The notes under the pieces are model-generated. The model was given only the letters and a program-made list of their open reading frames with translations, made no database searches and was not told the DNA's origin. From contig JAJCYV010000042.1 in the NCBI GenBank assembly GCA_029262695.1, forward strand, positions 6,518-70,517: DNA of 64,000 bases, written 5' to 3'. Source of the DNA: Chloroflexota bacterium. Its GTDB lineage: Bacteria > Chloroflexota > Dehalococcoidia > SM23-28-2 > RBG-16-64-32. Position numbers and translations under genes: made by a program. Below are positions 62,148-64,000 of this stretch, piece by piece; position 1 is the stretch's first letter; each line of letters starts with the position of its first letter.

Positions 62148-63821
62148 CTACCCTGCCAGTTCGCGTTCGAGCTGCGCCAGGCCCATTGGGCCGATGCCCA
62201 GCGCCTTCGTGTGGAATGCTTTCAGGTCGAACGAATCGCCGGCCGCCTTGCGCGCGCCTTCCCGCGCCTTCAGCCACGAGCGTTCGCCCACTTTGTAGGA
62301 GATCGCCTGCGCCGGCCAGCCCAGATAGCGTACGACCTCGCTGGCCATGAACGTCTGCGGCCGCAGCGCCCGCTCGACCGCGAAGTCGAGAGCCAGGTCG
62401 TGGTTCCACGTCTCGCCGGGGTGGAAGCGTTCGCTGTCAGGGATTTTCAGCTCGAGGTGCATTCCGATGTCGATGATCACGCGGGTGGAGCGCAGCGCCT
62501 GGGCACTCAGGAGGCCCATGTAGTAGTCGGGGTCTTCCAGGTAGCCGAGCTCGGACATAAGGCGTTCCGCGTAGAGCGCCCAGCCTTCGCCGTGGCCGCT
62601 GATGAACGTGAGGAGCCGCTGGTAGCGCGAAAGCGCTTCCGGGAAGAGGCGGACTGTCGCCACCTGCAGGTGGTGGCCGGGCACCCCTTCGTGGTAGACC
62701 GTCGAAACGTCGCCCCACTTCGGGAAGCGGGTGGCGTCTCCGGTCGGCCACCAGGTGCGGCCGGGCCGGGTGAGGTCCTCCGATGGGCCGGTGTAGTAGG
62801 GGGCCAGCGCGCCGCCCGCGGGCGGGATCATCACCTCGATCGTGCGGATCTCGTCGGGGATGTCGAAGTGCTTGCCGTGCAGGTCGTCCAGCGCCTCGTC
62901 GTGCACTTCCTGCAGCCAGAGCTGGTAGTCCTCGACGCCTGCCACCGAGCGCCCGGGGTCGTTCTCCAGCAGCTCCGTCACGTCTGCGATCGACGCGCCC
63001 GGCTTGATCTTCGCCGCCGTCTTGCGCATCTCTTCCTCAATGCGGTACTGCTCCTCCCAGCCCCACTGGTATGTCTCCTCCAGGTCGATCGAGGCGCCCA
63101 GGAAGACCCGCGAGAGGAGCTGGTAGCGTTCGCGGCCGGCGGCTTCGCGCTCGCTCGTTTTCGGCTCGTACTCCTCGGACAGGTAGCGGAACATCTCGGC
63201 GTAGCTCTCTGTCGCCGCTCTGGCGCCGGTCTCGATATCTGACGCGAGTCCGTTGGAGGCGATTCCGGAGGCGGCGAACTGTTCCTGCAACTGGTCGAAG
63301 TACGATGGCTTGTCGGAGAGACCGCCCCAGACGTGCGCTTGCTCCGCGCCCTTGCTGGCCTGCCGCTTCGAGGCGTGGAGGCCGCGCTCCAGCCCGAGTG
63401 ATAGCGACTGCCGGTAGCCGGCCAGGGCGCCGGCCACGCGGCTCAGCCGAGAGGCGATGTTCGACCAGTGTTCTTCGGTCTCCTTTGGCATGAGGTCGAA
63501 CACCTGGCGCACGCTCTGCAGCGGGCTGGCGATGTTGCGCAGGGCGCGCAGGTACTCGCCGGCTTCGTAAGTGTCCAACGACACGGCGAGCCGTTCCTTC
63601 ATGACTTCGCGGGCGACGCGGTCGGCATCCGACTCGTCTGTGGCTTCGTCAAGCCGGCGGAGCGTGTCGCGGTTCAGTTCGGCGACTTTCCCCGGCCCTT
63701 CCGGGGAGAGGTCCGGCATTTCGTGGTCGTGGCCGGGGATGCCCAGCGCTGTCGCCAGCGACGGCTCGAGCGAAGCGATGTCGTCGACGTAGCGATCGGC
63801 TATCTGAAAGACACGGGACAT
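62148..63821 (-). CDS. DUF885-family protein (metallopeptidase-like HExxH-type site)
   Basis: 557 aa. YHEGVPGHHLQ and the family-typical N-terminus IADRYVDDIASLEPSLATALGIPGHD. SD GAAGGAG. Confidence 0.9.
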   Translation of the reverse strand: MSRVFQIADRYVDDIASLEPSLATALGIPGHDHEMPDLSPEGPGKVAELNRDTLRRLDEATDESDADRVAREVMKERLAVSLDTYEAGEYLRALRNIASPLQSVRQVFDLMPKETEEHWSNIASRLSRVAGALAGYRQSLSLGLERGLHASKRQASKGAEQAHVWGGLSDKPSYFDQLQEQFAASGIASNGLASDIETGARAATESYAEMFRYLSEEYEPKTSEREAAGRERYQLLSRVFLGASIDLEETYQWGWEEQYRIEEEMRKTAAKIKPGASIADVTELLENDPGRSVAGVEDYQLWLQEVHDEALDDLHGKHFDIPDEIRTIEVMIPPAGGALAPYYTGPSEDLTRPGRTWWPTGDATRFPKWGDVSTVYHEGVPGHHLQVATVRLFPEALSRYQRLLTFISGHGEGWALYAERLMSELGYLEDPDYYMGLLSAQALRSTRVIIDIGMHLELKIPDSERFHPGETWNHDLALDFAVERALRPQTFMASEVVRYLGWPAQAISYKVGERSWLKAREGARKAAGDSFDLKAFHTKALGIGPMGLAQLERELAG

Positions 63822-63899
63822 TCTGTGTGACTCCTTCTTCTCTTCCCCCTCGGTTGCTCCACAGAATGCCGCAACTGGCGGCTAGTGTCATCCCGGTGG

Positions 63900-63934
63900 G
63901 TGACAGGAGACAGGAGACAGGGACAAGGAACAGC
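63900..63934 (+). repeat. Heptamer array GTGACAG GAGACAG GAGACAG GGACAAG GAACAGC
   Basis: Read directly. About 80 nt upstream of the DUF885 gene start. Confidence 0.88.
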
Positions 63935-64000
63935 CGGGGGGCGCGTCCCGGGCAGCGGATCAGCGGCTCACGGCTAGGCGGTCGTGACGACGGGGTTTGT

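Overview
High-GC (roughly two-thirds G+C by eye) bacterial chromosomal segment, densely coding, with about 57 recognisable protein genes. Most are housekeeping. At the left edge sits rpmH-rnpA-yidD-(PQQ propeller)-yidC. Further along are a T-box(Ile)-controlled ileS, scpB, mtaB, a PBP2-type transpeptidase, a dnaJ-hspR-clpB heat-shock module, folC-fabF-galE, cinA, coaE and dut. A long minus-strand run covers nusA-ylxR-infB-rbfA-truB. That run continues into an actinobacteria-style inositol-phospholipid operon: HTH-fused inositol-3-phosphate synthase, PatA-like acyltransferase, PHP phosphoesterase, PimA-like GT4 and a PI-phosphate-synthase-type CDP-alcohol transferase. Other unusual content: an orphan CbbQ/NorQ AAA+ ATPase paired with a 1098-aa VWA protein; a J-domain/TM/2xFKBP fusion; an LPXTG-anchored GEVED protein; a lipoprotein-metzincin pair carrying Cys-containing dockerin-like modules; and a 52-aa zinc-ribbon ORF missing from the ORF track. 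At the DNA level three short-repeat families stand out: intergenic heptamer arrays (GNGACAG / GGAACNN), GTAGGGGC...GCCCCTAC-bounded palindromic elements, and GGTCAGGC hairpins (one of them in frame inside a gene). At least seven genes have a -10-like hexamer exactly 6 nt before the start codon, which suggests leaderless mRNAs. I recognised no rRNA, tRNA, CRISPR array, transposase, integrase or phage gene. The many long Arg/Ala/Pro-rich ORFs antisense to recognised genes in the track are treated as high-GC artefacts. The short IF-2, ileS T-box, LPXTG protein and PDO-type thioredoxin fit a Chloroflexota/Thermomicrobia-like organism, but this is only an inference. All functional calls come from reading motifs by eye; no database search was possible.
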